Source: Vulcanimicrobiota bacterium
Lineage (GTDB): Bacteria; Vulcanimicrobiota; Vulcanimicrobiia; Eremiobacterales; Eremiobacteraceae
Direction of reading: 5' to 3'
NCBI GenBank assembly: GCA_963805945.1
Contig: CAWDVP010000002.1
Span: 448,001-512,000 of the forward strand
Length of the DNA stretch: 64,000 nucleotides
The notes beneath the pieces were generated by a model, which made no database searches, was not told the DNA's origin, and saw nothing but the letters and a program-made list of their open reading frames with translations. Below, in pieces: positions 51,571-64,000 of this stretch (positions within the stretch are counted from its first letter, which is position 1; every line of letters begins with the position of its first letter). A program made the position numbers and the translations under genes.

Positions 51571-53047
51571 GCGCGAGCTCAAGCTCGGGGCGCCCCCTAG
51601 CTTCGTCTTCCCCGACCTCGCGAACGTCAGCGACGACGTCGCAGCGGTCGACGTCACCACGGAAAAACTGCGCACGACGTATTTCGACACGCGCGACCTG
51701 CGGCTCATACGCTGGGGCTGCAGCCTGCGCCATCGCGTGGGGCAAGGCTGGACGGTGAAACTCCCCGGGCGGGCGGAGTCGGGCAACGGCCTGCTCGTGC
51801 GCGGCGAGCACGAATTCACCGGCGATCCCGACGCGCCACCTGCCGCGGCGCTCGATCTGCTCACCGCCTACCTGCGGCGCGCGCCGGTGCGGCCGGTGGT
51901 GCAGCTGCGCACGACACGCCACATGGCGGCGCTGAGCTCCGCGCAAGGCGAGCGGCTCGCCGAAGCGGTCGAAGACGACGTCGCGGTGCTCGACGGGCGG
52001 CGCACCGCCGCGCGCTTCCGCGAGATCGAGATCGAGCTCAAAGCGGCCGCACCCGAGGACTTGCTCGACGCGGTGCTCGGCCGGCTGCGTGCCGCGGGGG
52101 CCGGCGCGGCGGACCCGACGCCCAAAGTGGTGCGTGCGCTCGGCGCCCGTGCGCAACGACCCCCGGAGATCGAGGTCGAAGAGCTCGCGCCCGACGCGAC
52201 CGCCGGCGCGGTTCTGCGGCGCGCGCTGTCGCTGGCGGTGACGCGGCTGCTGCGCCATGACGCGGGCGTGCGGCTGGGCACGGATCCCGAGGACGTGCAT
52301 CAAGCGCGTGTCGCGGTGCGCCGGCTGCGGTCGTACCTGCGGACCTTCCTGCCGTTGATGGAGATCGAATGGGCGACCGGCCTGCGGCAGGAGCTGGGCT
52401 GGCTCGCCGACGAGTTAGGCGGCGTGCGAGACGCCGACGTGCTCATGGACCGCCTGCGCAAACAGACCGCTGCGCTCACGGGCCGCGACCGCGCCGCCGG
52501 CGCCAAGATCCTCGCACTGCTCGCTGCGCAACGCGAGCGCGCGATGGAGCGCCTGCGCCTCGCCGTCCACTCCGATCGCTATCTCGAACTGCTCAAGCGG
52601 CTCGTCGATGCCGCGCGCGCGCCGCGCTTGGCGCCGATCTCCGCCGAATCGGCGATGCTGACACTGCCACCGCTGGTCGCGAGCCTGTGGCGCAACGTGC
52701 GCAGCATGGTCGACGATTTCGGCGCGGACCCGAGCGACGAGCAACTGCACAAGATACGCATCCGCGCGAAACGCTGCCGGTACGCCGCCGAGGCGGTGGC
52801 CCCGATCGCCGGCAAGCGCGCGCGCAGCTTCGCGGGCGCCGCCGCCGACGTGCAAGACGTGCTCGGCGAGCAGCATGACGCGGTCGTCGCCGCCGCCTGG
52901 CTGCGCGACCACGCGGCGACCGGGCCGCTCACCTTCGTCGCCGGACAGCTCACCGCGCTGGAACACGCGGCGGCGGTCCGTGCGCGCGCCCGCTGGCCGG
53001 AGGCCTGGCGCGCCTTCGATCGCAAGAGGCTGCGCGCATGGCTGTGA
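51563..53047 (+). CDS. CYTH + CHAD domain protein
   Basis: ERELKL...YFDT...FREIEIEL; EDVHQARVAVRRLRS, LHKIRIRAKRCRY, QDVLGEQHD. Confidence 0.92.
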   Translation: MLERELKLGAPPSFVFPDLANVSDDVAAVDVTTEKLRTTYFDTRDLRLIRWGCSLRHRVGQGWTVKLPGRAESGNGLLVRGEHEFTGDPDAPPAAALDLLTAYLRRAPVRPVVQLRTTRHMAALSSAQGERLAEAVEDDVAVLDGRRTAARFREIEIELKAAAPEDLLDAVLGRLRAAGAGAADPTPKVVRALGARAQRPPEIEVEELAPDATAGAVLRRALSLAVTRLLRHDAGVRLGTDPEDVHQARVAVRRLRSYLRTFLPLMEIEWATGLRQELGWLADELGGVRDADVLMDRLRKQTAALTGRDRAAGAKILALLAAQRERAMERLRLAVHSDRYLELLKRLVDAARAPRLAPISAESAMLTLPPLVASLWRNVRSMVDDFGADPSDEQLHKIRIRAKRCRYAAEAVAPIAGKRARSFAGAAADVQDVLGEQHDAVVAAAWLRDHAATGPLTFVAGQLTALEHAAAVRARARWPEAWRAFDRKRLRAWL

Positions 53048-53964
53048 ACGGCGTCGTCCGCGCGGCCGGCGGCGTGCTCGTCCGATCGAAACCCGACGGC
53101 GCGCCGGAGATCGCCGTCGTGCATCGCCCTGCGTACGACGACTGGACCTTTCCCAAGGGCAAGCTCCAGGTCGGCGAGCGCGAAGAGCACACGGCCATCC
53201 GCGAGGTCGAAGAAGAGACCGGCATGCACTGCCGGCTCGAGCGCGCGCTCGGCACCACGAAGTACAAAGATCACCGCGGCCGGCCGAAGGTGGTCCACTA
53301 CTGGGTCATGCGCCCGCTCGACGGCCACTTCAAGCCGTCGCGCGAGGTCGACGAGTTGCGCTGGGTCACGCTGCGCCAGGCGTCGCTGCTGCTGTCGTAC
53401 AATCATGACCGCGCGCTGCTGCGCGGTCTTTCGAATGAGGTCGACGCCGCGACCGCGGGCGCCAAAGAGCGCCAGGGCCGCGCGTCGCTGAGAAATCAGA
53501 TGAGCTCCACCATCTATCTGGTGCGCCACGCCAAGGCGCTCAACCGCGGCGAATGGACCGAGGCCGACGAACTGCGCCCGCTCACGAAGGCGGGCCGCAA
53601 GCAAGCGGAAGAGCTCGTCCATCGCCTCTCCGGCTTTTCGTTCGCGCGCGTCATCACCAGTCCGCACGTGCGCTGCCGCGCGACGGTCGAACCGCTTGCC
53701 AAGCAGCGCAAGATGATGCTTGAGACCGCGGACGAGCTCGCGGAGAACACCGACGCCGACGACGTCCTCGCGTTCATCCAGACGCTCGGCTCGAAGCCGG
53801 CGGTGCTGTGCAGCCATGGCGACGTGATCGCGGATCTCATGACCAATCTCGTCAACGACGGTCTCGCCACCGACGGCGAGCTGCGTTGGGAGAAGGGCTC
53901 GACCTGGGTGCTCGAATCGGACGGCGAGACGTTCCTGTACGGGCGTTACATCTCGCCGCCGTGA
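53038..53964 (+). CDS. NUDIX hydrolase fused to histidine phosphatase (MutT1-like)
   Basis: HRPAYDDWTFPKGK, AIREVEEETG; LVRHAKA, RPLTKAG, CSHGDVI. Confidence 0.9.
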   Translation: MAVNGVVRAAGGVLVRSKPDGAPEIAVVHRPAYDDWTFPKGKLQVGEREEHTAIREVEEETGMHCRLERALGTTKYKDHRGRPKVVHYWVMRPLDGHFKPSREVDELRWVTLRQASLLLSYNHDRALLRGLSNEVDAATAGAKERQGRASLRNQMSSTIYLVRHAKALNRGEWTEADELRPLTKAGRKQAEELVHRLSGFSFARVITSPHVRCRATVEPLAKQRKMMLETADELAENTDADDVLAFIQTLGSKPAVLCSHGDVIADLMTNLVNDGLATDGELRWEKGSTWVLESDGETFLYGRYISPP

Positions 53965-54461
53965 TGGCGGCACCGGTCCAGCCGATCGTCCGCGATGCCC
54001 GCGACACCGACGCAGCCGGTTTGATAGCGCTGCTCGGCGGCATCTTCGAAGAATATCCGGGCTGCGTGCTCGACGTCGACGGCGAGATGCCGCAACTGCG
54101 CGCGATCGCCACCTCGTTCGCCGAACTCGGCGGCCGCTTCTGGGTCGCCGAAGCGGGCGGGGCTGTCGTAGGCTGCATCGGCCTCGCGCCGTGTGAAGAC
54201 GGCGACGGCATCGAGCTCAAGCATCTCTATGTCGCGCGCGCGGCGCGGCGCACGGGGCTCGGCACCAAGTTCGTGCGTCTTGTCGAAGCCGAAGCGATCG
54301 CGCGCGGCGCGTCGCTCATCGAGCTGTGGACCGACACCCGCTTCGCGGATGCGCACCGGCTGTATGCGGCGCTTGGTTACGAACGGCTGCCGGAGACGCG
54401 CGAGCTGCACGACTTGAGCAACAGCGTCGAATACCACTTCATCAAACGCCTCGCGCGATGA
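53964..54461 (+). CDS. GNAT N-acetyltransferase
   Basis: ELKHLYVARAARRTGLG, LWTDTRFADAHRLYAALGY. Confidence 0.88.
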   Translation: MAAPVQPIVRDARDTDAAGLIALLGGIFEEYPGCVLDVDGEMPQLRAIATSFAELGGRFWVAEAGGAVVGCIGLAPCEDGDGIELKHLYVARAARRTGLGTKFVRLVEAEAIARGASLIELWTDTRFADAHRLYAALGYERLPETRELHDLSNSVEYHFIKRLAR

Positions 54462-54463
54462 CG

Positions 54464-55036
54464 TCAGGTCGCGGTGGGGCCGCGCACGTGCGTGTAGAGA
54501 CGCCGCGCCGTCCAGATCAGCGTGATGACGAGCAGCAGCGAGAGGACCGCCGCGAGAATCGGATAGGCGAACGCCACGATTAGGCCGGCGAATGCGATCA
54601 GGTCTTCCAGCACGCTGAGCGCGGGATTCGCAGCTCCGAGCGTCGTCGCGGTGGAGGTTGCGCGCGCCGCCGCCGACGTGCCGTGCACGACGAGCGCGTT
54701 GAGCGCGCCCGCCGCCATCAAGCCGTAGAGCGCGCCTGAGTTGCTCGTGTCGATCGTGCCGCCGACCAAGATGGCCGCGGCCACCGGACGCACTGCGAAT
54801 GCGATGGTGTGCAGCGCGTTGTCGAGCCAGGGCACCTTGTCGGCGACGAGTTCGATGAGCGCGAAGATGCCGAGCACGACGACGGTGCCGCTCGCCCCCA
54901 GCCAGAGGAAGCCCGCACTTGGGTGGATCCAATGATAGTGCGCGGCGACGGAGGCCGCGAACAACGTGAGGAAGCCGCGCAGCCCCGCGGTCGTCGTCAG
55001 CGCGTAGGCAAGCGCGTATTGGGTGCCAGCGTCCAT
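54464..55036 (-). CDS. DUF4126-like membrane protein
   Basis: AGLRGFLTL, ELVADKVPWLDN, NPALSVLED. Confidence 0.82.
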   Translation of the reverse strand: MDAGTQYALAYALTTTAGLRGFLTLFAASVAAHYHWIHPSAGFLWLGASGTVVVLGIFALIELVADKVPWLDNALHTIAFAVRPVAAAILVGGTIDTSNSGALYGLMAAGALNALVVHGTSAAARATSTATTLGAANPALSVLEDLIAFAGLIVAFAYPILAAVLSLLLVITLIWTARRLYTHVRGPTAT

Positions 55037-55070
55037 CGAAACGGCATACCTCGTCGGTGCCGCGCGGGTT

Positions 55071-57197
55071 TCAGCGGGAGTATGGAGGCAACGAGGTTGA
55101 CTGTGTGACGCGCTCGCCGTGGTATCCTATGGAGATCACCTGGACGAAGACGGTGCCACGGTAGGTCTTAGGGACGTACATCACGGCGCTCTGACGCGTG
55201 CCCGCCACGTCGGCCTGGCTGAGGATCTCGCCCTTGTCGCCCGAGAGCTGGACGGTCGCCGACGACTGCCCGTTGGCGCCCCAGCGCACGCCCACCGCGC
55301 GGCCGCCGCCGCCGTAGTGCGCGTCGACGCCTTGTATGGCGACGATGATGTTCGGATTAGCGGGGCGCGGCCGCCGCACGACTTGCGGCTTCGGCTTCGC
55401 GGTGGGCTTCGGCGCGAGCGCAACTTGCGGTTTCGGCGTCGCCGGACGCTGCGTCGGCGGCGGTGCGGGCGCGACGGTCGGGGCGACCGCCTGATGCGCC
55501 GCCAGCGAAGCGGCGCGCAGCGCGGCGGACGGCGCGATGCTCGGGCGGACGGGCGATGCGCTGACCGCGACCGCGGACGGCGATGCGTTCGCCTTCGCCG
55601 GTCCGGTCGCTTTCGTATGCGGCGTGGGGACAACGCTCTCTATGGTGACGGGCGGGGGCACGGTGACGCTGGGCGCCGCGCTCGGCACGGCCACGGGGGT
55701 GGGCGCGGTCGGGCGCAATAAGAAGAAGGCGGCGAGCGCCAGCGCGATGAGCGCGGTGCCGCTGATGACCAGCGTCGGCAATTGGTTCTCTTCGGACCGG
55801 TCGGGCGGTTCCGGCGCTTGCGCGGTGCGCCGTGCCGCCGCCGCATGTTCGCGCCCGGATTCGACGGCGCGGGCGAGCGACGGCGGCGGACCCACGACCG
55901 ACGCTTCGAGCGCCGATGGCGCGAAGGGCGTATCCTCCGGTTCGGCTTGGGTCGTCGTCGTCTCGGTGCCCTGACCGGCGGCGCCCGCGTTCAAGTTCGC
56001 TCGCGAGTATGCGGCCGGCACGGAACTCGGCGGCACAGCGGGCGACGGCATCGGGCGAGGCGGTGGTGGTGCGGGGCGAGGCGGCGGCGGCGCGGGCGGC
56101 GGCTCCGGCGGCGTGACGGCGCGCGGCTGCTCGGTCGTCGGCGGTTGCGAGACCTTCGCGTAGATCGATGGTGCTTGCGGCGGCCCGACCTCGGGTCCGC
56201 GCCAGCCGGGCGGCGGCGATACCGGTTTGCCGACGAGCAGCGACATCAGCGATTGCTCGTCGTCGATGCCTGTGTCTGCGTGCGTGGCGGGAACGTAAGG
56301 CGCCGGCGGCGCGGAAGGCACAGCCGGTTGCTCGATCGAGGGAGCGGGCGGTGCCGTTCTCGGCTGTTCCGGCGGCCCAGGCGCAGTCGAGTCTTGGCGC
56401 ACGTCTTGCGCGGGTTGTGCTTGCGCCGGCCGGGGCAATTGATCGGCGTACTGCTCAGCGTCGGGTGCGGACACCGACGGCGGAGGCGGCGGCGCGGGTT
56501 CGGGTTTCTTGACGAGCGCGGCGAGTTTGCTCTCGATCGTCTCCCACATCAGTTTGCCGGTGCGCTTGCCTTGCGACACCGCGATGCCGACCTCGATCGC
56601 GCGCGGATGATCCGCGCCGTCGCCGTCGCGCGCGGAGCGTTTCCACAGGATCGCGATAGGCACGGTGACCGTCTGGCCCGGCTCGATGTTGACCGGCGCC
56701 ACGTCGACGAATTCAAGCGCGGGATGCGGCGTGAACTGCAACACGAACGGACCGGGCGAAGCGCTGAGGCTCTTGATCGAGCACGAGACGACGAAGCCGC
56801 GCACGTCGTCGCCATCCATGATCGGCTCTTTCCACACGAGTGCGATGGTGCAATCGGTGCCGCCGGCGGAGATGAGGCCGCGCTCGAGCGACGCGAGCAC
56901 GATGCCGTCCGCATCGCGCACGGAGAGCAGCGCGACTTGCTCGCGCGGCACTTGCGTGTCCGGTTTGAAGGTCAGTCCGACGGTCTTGCGGTCGCGCGGG
57001 CGCAGCGTGAACGTAGAAGGCTCGAAGGTGCCACCTTCAGCCGGATCGTCGAGCGCCATCGTGCAGTCGACGGTTTCGTCGCCGGACTTGTTGATGACGA
57101 GGACTTCGTAGCGCGACGCCTGTCCGGGGGTTAAGTACCACCTAACGGAACGGTCGGCGCACTCGATTATCAGGTTGGACATCCATTGCTCCCGCAT
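55071..57197 (-). CDS. Membrane-anchored hypothetical protein with Pro-rich linkers
   Basis: 708-aa ORF: two beta-rich N-terminal domains, Pro-rich linker, one TM, small C-terminal beta domain. Confidence 0.7.
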   Translation of the reverse strand: MREQWMSNLIIECADRSVRWYLTPGQASRYEVLVINKSGDETVDCTMALDDPAEGGTFEPSTFTLRPRDRKTVGLTFKPDTQVPREQVALLSVRDADGIVLASLERGLISAGGTDCTIALVWKEPIMDGDDVRGFVVSCSIKSLSASPGPFVLQFTPHPALEFVDVAPVNIEPGQTVTVPIAILWKRSARDGDGADHPRAIEVGIAVSQGKRTGKLMWETIESKLAALVKKPEPAPPPPPSVSAPDAEQYADQLPRPAQAQPAQDVRQDSTAPGPPEQPRTAPPAPSIEQPAVPSAPPAPYVPATHADTGIDDEQSLMSLLVGKPVSPPPGWRGPEVGPPQAPSIYAKVSQPPTTEQPRAVTPPEPPPAPPPPRPAPPPPRPMPSPAVPPSSVPAAYSRANLNAGAAGQGTETTTTQAEPEDTPFAPSALEASVVGPPPSLARAVESGREHAAAARRTAQAPEPPDRSEENQLPTLVISGTALIALALAAFFLLRPTAPTPVAVPSAAPSVTVPPPVTIESVVPTPHTKATGPAKANASPSAVAVSASPVRPSIAPSAALRAASLAAHQAVAPTVAPAPPPTQRPATPKPQVALAPKPTAKPKPQVVRRPRPANPNIIVAIQGVDAHYGGGGRAVGVRWGANGQSSATVQLSGDKGEILSQADVAGTRQSAVMYVPKTYRGTVFVQVISIGYHGERVTQSTSLPPYSR

Positions 57198-57286
57198 CTA
57201 TTGTATCGGAAATTCACGGTGCGGGTAGGAGGCCCGGAAATGCCGAATGGGGCGTATCCCCACCCCTTTAGGAGCGCCATCACAGC

Positions 57287-57731
57287 ATGTATCCGGACGA
57301 TTTCATCCACGAATTCGACCGTTTGTTCGCGGAGATGAGCCTGCCGCTGGGCCGCCACGCCCGGCGCGGCTCCTTCAACCCCAACGCCGACGTCTACCTC
57401 ACGGACCGGGGGCGAACGGTCATGGTCCGGGTCGAGCTGGCGGGGGTGCAACCGGCCAACATCAAGCTCGTGGTCGAGGGCGCGAGCCTCTATCCTCGCC
57501 GGCGTCCGCGAACCCGACATCCGGCGCGCAGAGTCCGTGCTGCAAAAAGAGATCGAGTACGGCTGCTTCCTCAAGCAGCATCCAGCTGCCGTCCATGGTG
57601 GCGGTCGAGCACGCCAAGGCCGAATATCACCTCGGCATGCTCACCGTCAAGCTGCCCGTCTCGAACTCGCGGCCAGCGTCGACGGGGTCGATCGCACGGA
57701 GATCCGCATGGTCGTGCGAGGACGAGGCTAG
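57287..57731 (+). CDS. Hsp20/alpha-crystallin protein (apparent frameshifts)
   Basis: FNPNADVY, VRVELAGV, EIEYGCF, AEYHLGMLTVKLP. Confidence 0.85.
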
Positions 57732-57735
57732 CGCG

Positions 57736-60150
<2,415 letters not shown>

Positions 60151-60280
60151 TCAAGCGCAATTCGTCAACCCTAACAAACAGGCGTACTCGAGGGTAGCGC
60201 CTCTTGATCGGCCAACGGCTCGACATCGCTCGCGGTGCTCGAGGGCAGCGTCCTTCGCAGTCTTGAAAGCGAGACACGCC

Positions 60281-63200
60281 ATGACACGGTCCGTGAGACT
60301 CGCATTGACGACGGCGTCTTGTTTGCTCATGCTCACGGCAGTCGTCGCAGCCCCTCGCCCTGCTGCGGGGCAGACGATGTGGGTTGGCGCCTTAAGCGCA
60401 TGCGCGCAGCTGAACCAGTATGGGGTCCTCGATTTCTTTCTCGTCGATTGCGCGGGTGCGCATGGGCCGCTGGGCGTCGGTGTCGCCGGATTCGCTAACC
60501 CGGTGGAGAACCACCAAATAGGCTCATATTGGAAAAACGTGCAAGCACCCGGCTTCAGCTGCCTTGAGAGCGGCGGCTACTTTACTTGCCAATTGACCCA
60601 AACTACTTATCCGCAGATCTTCGCTGGCGTGGTGACGGCGACATATTGTCCGGACCCACAGTGCGTGCCCGCAATTCCCGTGATGAGCGATCACTACGTG
60701 ATCATCGAGTATATAGGCGCAAAGGCGGCGCCGCAAATCGCTGTCGCCTCTCCTGAGTGTCGGCCGTGCACGAGAAATCTCGGTAACCCAGCGGACATCA
60801 TCACCGGCGAGCTTTGGTACCACTATTTCGACTTCAAACTGTCGGGCCCGTTCGGCCTCGAGTTCTCACACTTCTACGACAACCAGTCCTCATTCAATGG
60901 CGATCTCGGCTTCGGCTGGCGGCACACCTATGACGCGAATCTCGACACCAGCCAGCAAGCCTCCACGGGCCAGGTCATATACTACAACAATGAGGACATG
61001 CCCACATATTTCGTGGTCGCCAAAGGAAACAGCGCCAACGACAATTACGGAGGTGGAACGCTCGCGCTGAACTCGGCGGGTAGTCTGTATACCATGACGA
61101 CCTGGCAAGGCATGGTGTATACTTTCGATTCTTCCGGCAGGTTGCTTACGTTGGCCGATCGGGTGGGCAACACACAGACCATCAGCCGCGACTCCGGACA
61201 CGCCTACCGCATCTCCTCGGTCTCCGATTCGCTGGGGCGCACGCTTTCCTTCGGCTATGATGCCAGCAATCGCATCACTTCGGTCACGAGCAGCCCTGCT
61301 GGAATCTCGCTGGCTATGGTATACGACACGGGGACGAACTGCGGGACCGGCAACCTGTGCTCGGTCGCCGAGTCGGATGGCAAGACGTGGTCGTATCAAT
61401 ACGACTACACCAATCCCACCTACCCGCACAACCTGCTCGAGGTGCTCGACCCTAATGGCAACGCCAACGAAGTCAACACGTACACGGGGAACAAGCTCGC
61501 CACGCAGTACACAGGCAACTCGTCGGCGTCGCCGCAGCCGAACTATCTGAGCTTCAACTACCTGGATAGTACCGACACCCTGGTATCCGACTCTGAAGGC
61601 AATAGCACATCCTACACTTTTGACGCCAATCTCAAGGTCATCACCAGCATCCAAGGCGGGCTGTGCCGCTGTGGCGGCGACAAGAATCGCAGCTATACCT
61701 ACGATACCTACCTTCGCGTCACATCGATTAAGGACGGCGACGGAAACACGCACAAGGTGACGCTCGTGTACGGACGCGACGTGACGCGCACCAATGCCGA
61801 TGGATCGAAAACGGTCATCAGAGCGCTGCCCGGTCCCACGCAGATCGTCGAACCGCTCTCTTCCGGGGTGAACCGGACGACGAACATCACCTACTACCCG
61901 GTCGGCGATAGCCGCCAAGACCTGCCGAATATCATCACGCTGCCGTCTGCGGATACGCCGGGCAATCTGCTCACCATCACCGATACCTACTCTGCGCAGG
62001 GCCTGCTGCTGTCCGAAGCGTCAAAGGGCTACATCGGCGGCGTGAGCACCACCTATACCACGAGCTTCCAGTATGACTCGAAGGGTCGCCTCCAGCAGGT
62101 CACCGGCCCCCGAACCGATTTGCTGCAGAAGACCGTGCTCGCGTACTACCCCGACACTGATACGGATCTTGCGCGGCGCGGCCAGCTGCACACCATCACC
62201 GATGCGCTCAGCCACATCACGACCTTTGCCAGCGCCGCCTCGCCGAACAACACGTACAATATTTACGGCGGGCCGCTGAGCGTGACGGATCCGAATAGCG
62301 TCCAGTTGACGCTTGCCTATGACCCGCGCGGAAGAACCAACACGCGAACCATCGCCGGCGTGAGCGGTGATCCGACGCCGCTCACGACGACATACGCGTA
62401 CGATGGCGCTGGACGTAGGACGAGTGTCACGTTTCCACTAGGCAACGGCCTGGGTTTTGGCTACGACTCCTCGGACAGGCTGACGTCGGTGACGCGGCTT
62501 GCCTCAAACGGTTACCAAGAAGAGCAGGTGGTGTACGGGTACTATCCGTCGAGCATGCTCAACACCGAACAAGCACAGGTATGCGGCACGCCTGCCGCCA
62601 CGTGCTCGTCGTGGAGCACGACGCAACAAGAGACGTTCAAGCACGACGGTTATTACCGGCCGAGCGAAGTGGACCATCCGACACCTGCGAATTCGAAGAT
62701 AGCCTATGCCTACGATAACGCCGGCAACCTCACGACCATCAAAGACGAGAACCATTCTTCCGCGAACATGACCTATGCCTACGATTACGCGAACCGGCCG
62801 ATTTCGCTCACCCAGACGCTGACCGGCGCACCCGGCAACCAGATCGTGACACAGTACGGCTACGATGTCCAAGACAATGTGAATTCGGTGACCGACCCCA
62901 ACGGGAACACCACGACCTATAACAACGACGATTTCGCTCGAGTACGCACCGAGAACTCGCCGGTGAGCGGATTGTCGACCTATGCCTATGACCCAGCCGA
63001 CAACCTCACCAGCTTCACTGATGCCAATGCCGCGACGACAACGAGCACTTTCGATGCGCTCGATCGCATCTTGTCGGCCACCTCGGTTCGCTCAGGGTAC
63101 TCGAACGACGTCGTGAGCTGGACTTATGACGATGCGACGAGCGGACATTTCGGCATCGGGCGTGTGGCGACAATGACCGATCCAACAGGATCGATGAGCT

Positions 63201-64000
63201 ACACATACGAGCGGCGCGGTCTGCTCAAGACAGAGGCGCGGACGGTGCTAGGCAATCTCTACAACCTGGCGTACGGCTACGACTACAACGGCAACCGCAA
63301 CAGCCTCACCTACCCGGACACCAGCGTCGTCGCGTATACCTTTGATTGGGCGGATCGACCGATCTCAGCGACGAGCGGCGCAAACCACTTCGTGACCTCG
63401 GCCAACTACGAGCCCTTCGGGCCGCTCACGCAGTTGGTCTTCGGAAACGGATCGAAGCAGACGTTCTCGTTTGACCAGCGTTACCGCCCGACCGAAGACA
63501 AACTGGTCAACGGCGCGACCACGATCGCCGATTACTCGTATGCGGAAGACTCCGTCGGCAACATCACTCAAATCCACGACAGCACGAACGCCGCGTACAA
63601 TCGAGATTTCGCCTATGACGACCTCAACCGCCTGACCACCGCTAACTCCGGCTCGAGTTTATGGGGGACGCTGTCGGGCAACGGATATACGTATGACCTC
63701 ATGGGGAACCTGAAGACGATCCAGCTCGGCTCGGGCCGCACGGCGAGTTTCGCCTACAGCGGCACGACCCCCAGGCTGACGTCCGTGACCGAGAACGGCA
63801 CGCCGCGTTCGGTGGGTTATGACTCGACGGGCAACGAGACCACGGTCGGATCGGCAACGTATGCATACACGCCGCGCAACGTTCTCTCATCGGGGGATGG
63901 CCTTTCGTATGTGACCGACGGCTGGGGCCGGCGGGAAGTATCCACGACTTCTACCGGCAGCAGGTACTCGTTCTACGGTCCGGACATGACGCTGCTGTCC
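60281..64000 (+). CDS. RHS/YD-repeat protein with signal peptide and DUF6531-like domain (3' partial; absent from ORF track)
   Basis: MTRSVRLALTTASCLLMLTAVVAAPRPAAG; Cys-rich region; LGNPADIITG...LGFGWRHTYD; many YD repeats; same frame still coding at window end. Confidence 0.92.
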   Translation, partial: MTRSVRLALTTASCLLMLTAVVAAPRPAAGQTMWVGALSACAQLNQYGVLDFFLVDCAGAHGPLGVGVAGFANPVENHQIGSYWKNVQAPGFSCLESGGYFTCQLTQTTYPQIFAGVVTATYCPDPQCVPAIPVMSDHYVIIEYIGAKAAPQIAVASPECRPCTRNLGNPADIITGELWYHYFDFKLSGPFGLEFSHFYDNQSSFNGDLGFGWRHTYDANLDTSQQASTGQVIYYNNEDMPTYFVVAKGNSANDNYGGGTLALNSAGSLYTMTTWQGMVYTFDSSGRLLTLADRVGNTQTISRDSGHAYRISSVSDSLGRTLSFGYDASNRITSVTSSPAGISLAMVYDTGTNCGTGNLCSVAESDGKTWSYQYDYTNPTYPHNLLEVLDPNGNANEVNTYTGNKLATQYTGNSSASPQPNYLSFNYLDSTDTLVSDSEGNSTSYTFDANLKVITSIQGGLCRCGGDKNRSYTYDTYLRVTSIKDGDGNTHKVTLVYGRDVTRTNADGSKTVIRALPGPTQIVEPLSSGVNRTTNITYYPVGDSRQDLPNIITLPSADTPGNLLTITDTYSAQGLLLSEASKGYIGGVSTTYTTSFQYDSKGRLQQVTGPRTDLLQKTVLAYYPDTDTDLARRGQLHTITDALSHITTFASAASPNNTYNIYGGPLSVTDPNSVQLTLAYDPRGRTNTRTIAGVSGDPTPLTTTYAYDGAGRRTSVTFPLGNGLGFGYDSSDRLTSVTRLASNGYQEEQVVYGYYPSSMLNTEQAQVCGTPAATCSSWSTTQQETFKHDGYYRPSEVDHPTPANSKIAYAYDNAGNLTTIKDENHSSANMTYAYDYANRPISLTQTLTGAPGNQIVTQYGYDVQDNVNSVTDPNGNTTTYNNDDFARVRTENSPVSGLSTYAYDPADNLTSFTDANAATTTSTFDALDRILSATSVRSGYSNDVVSWTYDDATSGHFGIGRVATMTDPTGSMSYTYERRGLLKTEARTVLGNLYNLAYGYDYNGNRNSLTYPDTSVVAYTFDWADRPISATSGANHFVTSANYEPFGPLTQLVFGNGSKQTFSFDQRYRPTEDKLVNGATTIADYSYAEDSVGNITQIHDSTNAAYNRDFAYDDLNRLTTANSGSSLWGTLSGNGYTYDLMGNLKTIQLGSGRTASFAYSGTTPRLTSVTENGTPRSVGYDSTGNETTVGSATYAYTPRNVLSSGDGLSYVTDGWGRREVSTTSTGSRYSFYGPDMTLLS

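Overview
GC-rich bacterial chromosome segment, mostly housekeeping. A single lptF/G, CIRCE-controlled groESL and a PGI/PMI suggest a diderm Terrabacterium, possibly Ca. Eremiobacterota-like (inference only). Gene order: polA end-mutM-S1 protein-coaE; RelE/HigA-type TA pair; polysaccharide deacetylase; KGG stress protein; pgi/pmi; lptC-lnt-lptD-lptF/G-SLT; redoxin-TPR protein; dcw cluster (mraZ rsmH ftsL ftsI murE murF [CofE-like ligase] mraY murD ftsW murG murC murB [secreted protein] ddl, with no ftsQAZ); HAD; Tim44-like; SRPBCC-ArsR-SRPBCC; Na+/H+ antiporter; alr; groESL; quinone oxidoreductase; peptide-binding protein and creatininase; a ytr-like operon (unannotated 40-aa peptide, GntR, ABC ATPase, three paralogous permeases); ppk1-CYTH/CHAD-NUDIX/SixA-GNAT; hsp20-lon; and a signal-peptide RHS protein that runs off the window end. 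About 0.2-1 kb, 17-29 kb and 57.4-60 kb carry many frameshifts that look like sequencing indels, so gene ends there are approximate. Best leads: (1) an F420:gamma-glutamyl-ligase-like gene inside the mur operon, a candidate peptidoglycan stem-peptide modifier; (2) the small-peptide/GntR/triple-permease locus with a divergent creatininase and peptide-binding protein; (3) small genes inserted at gene overlaps with the overlap duplicated; (4) several ATG(T/G/C)AG-anchored REP/REPIN families.
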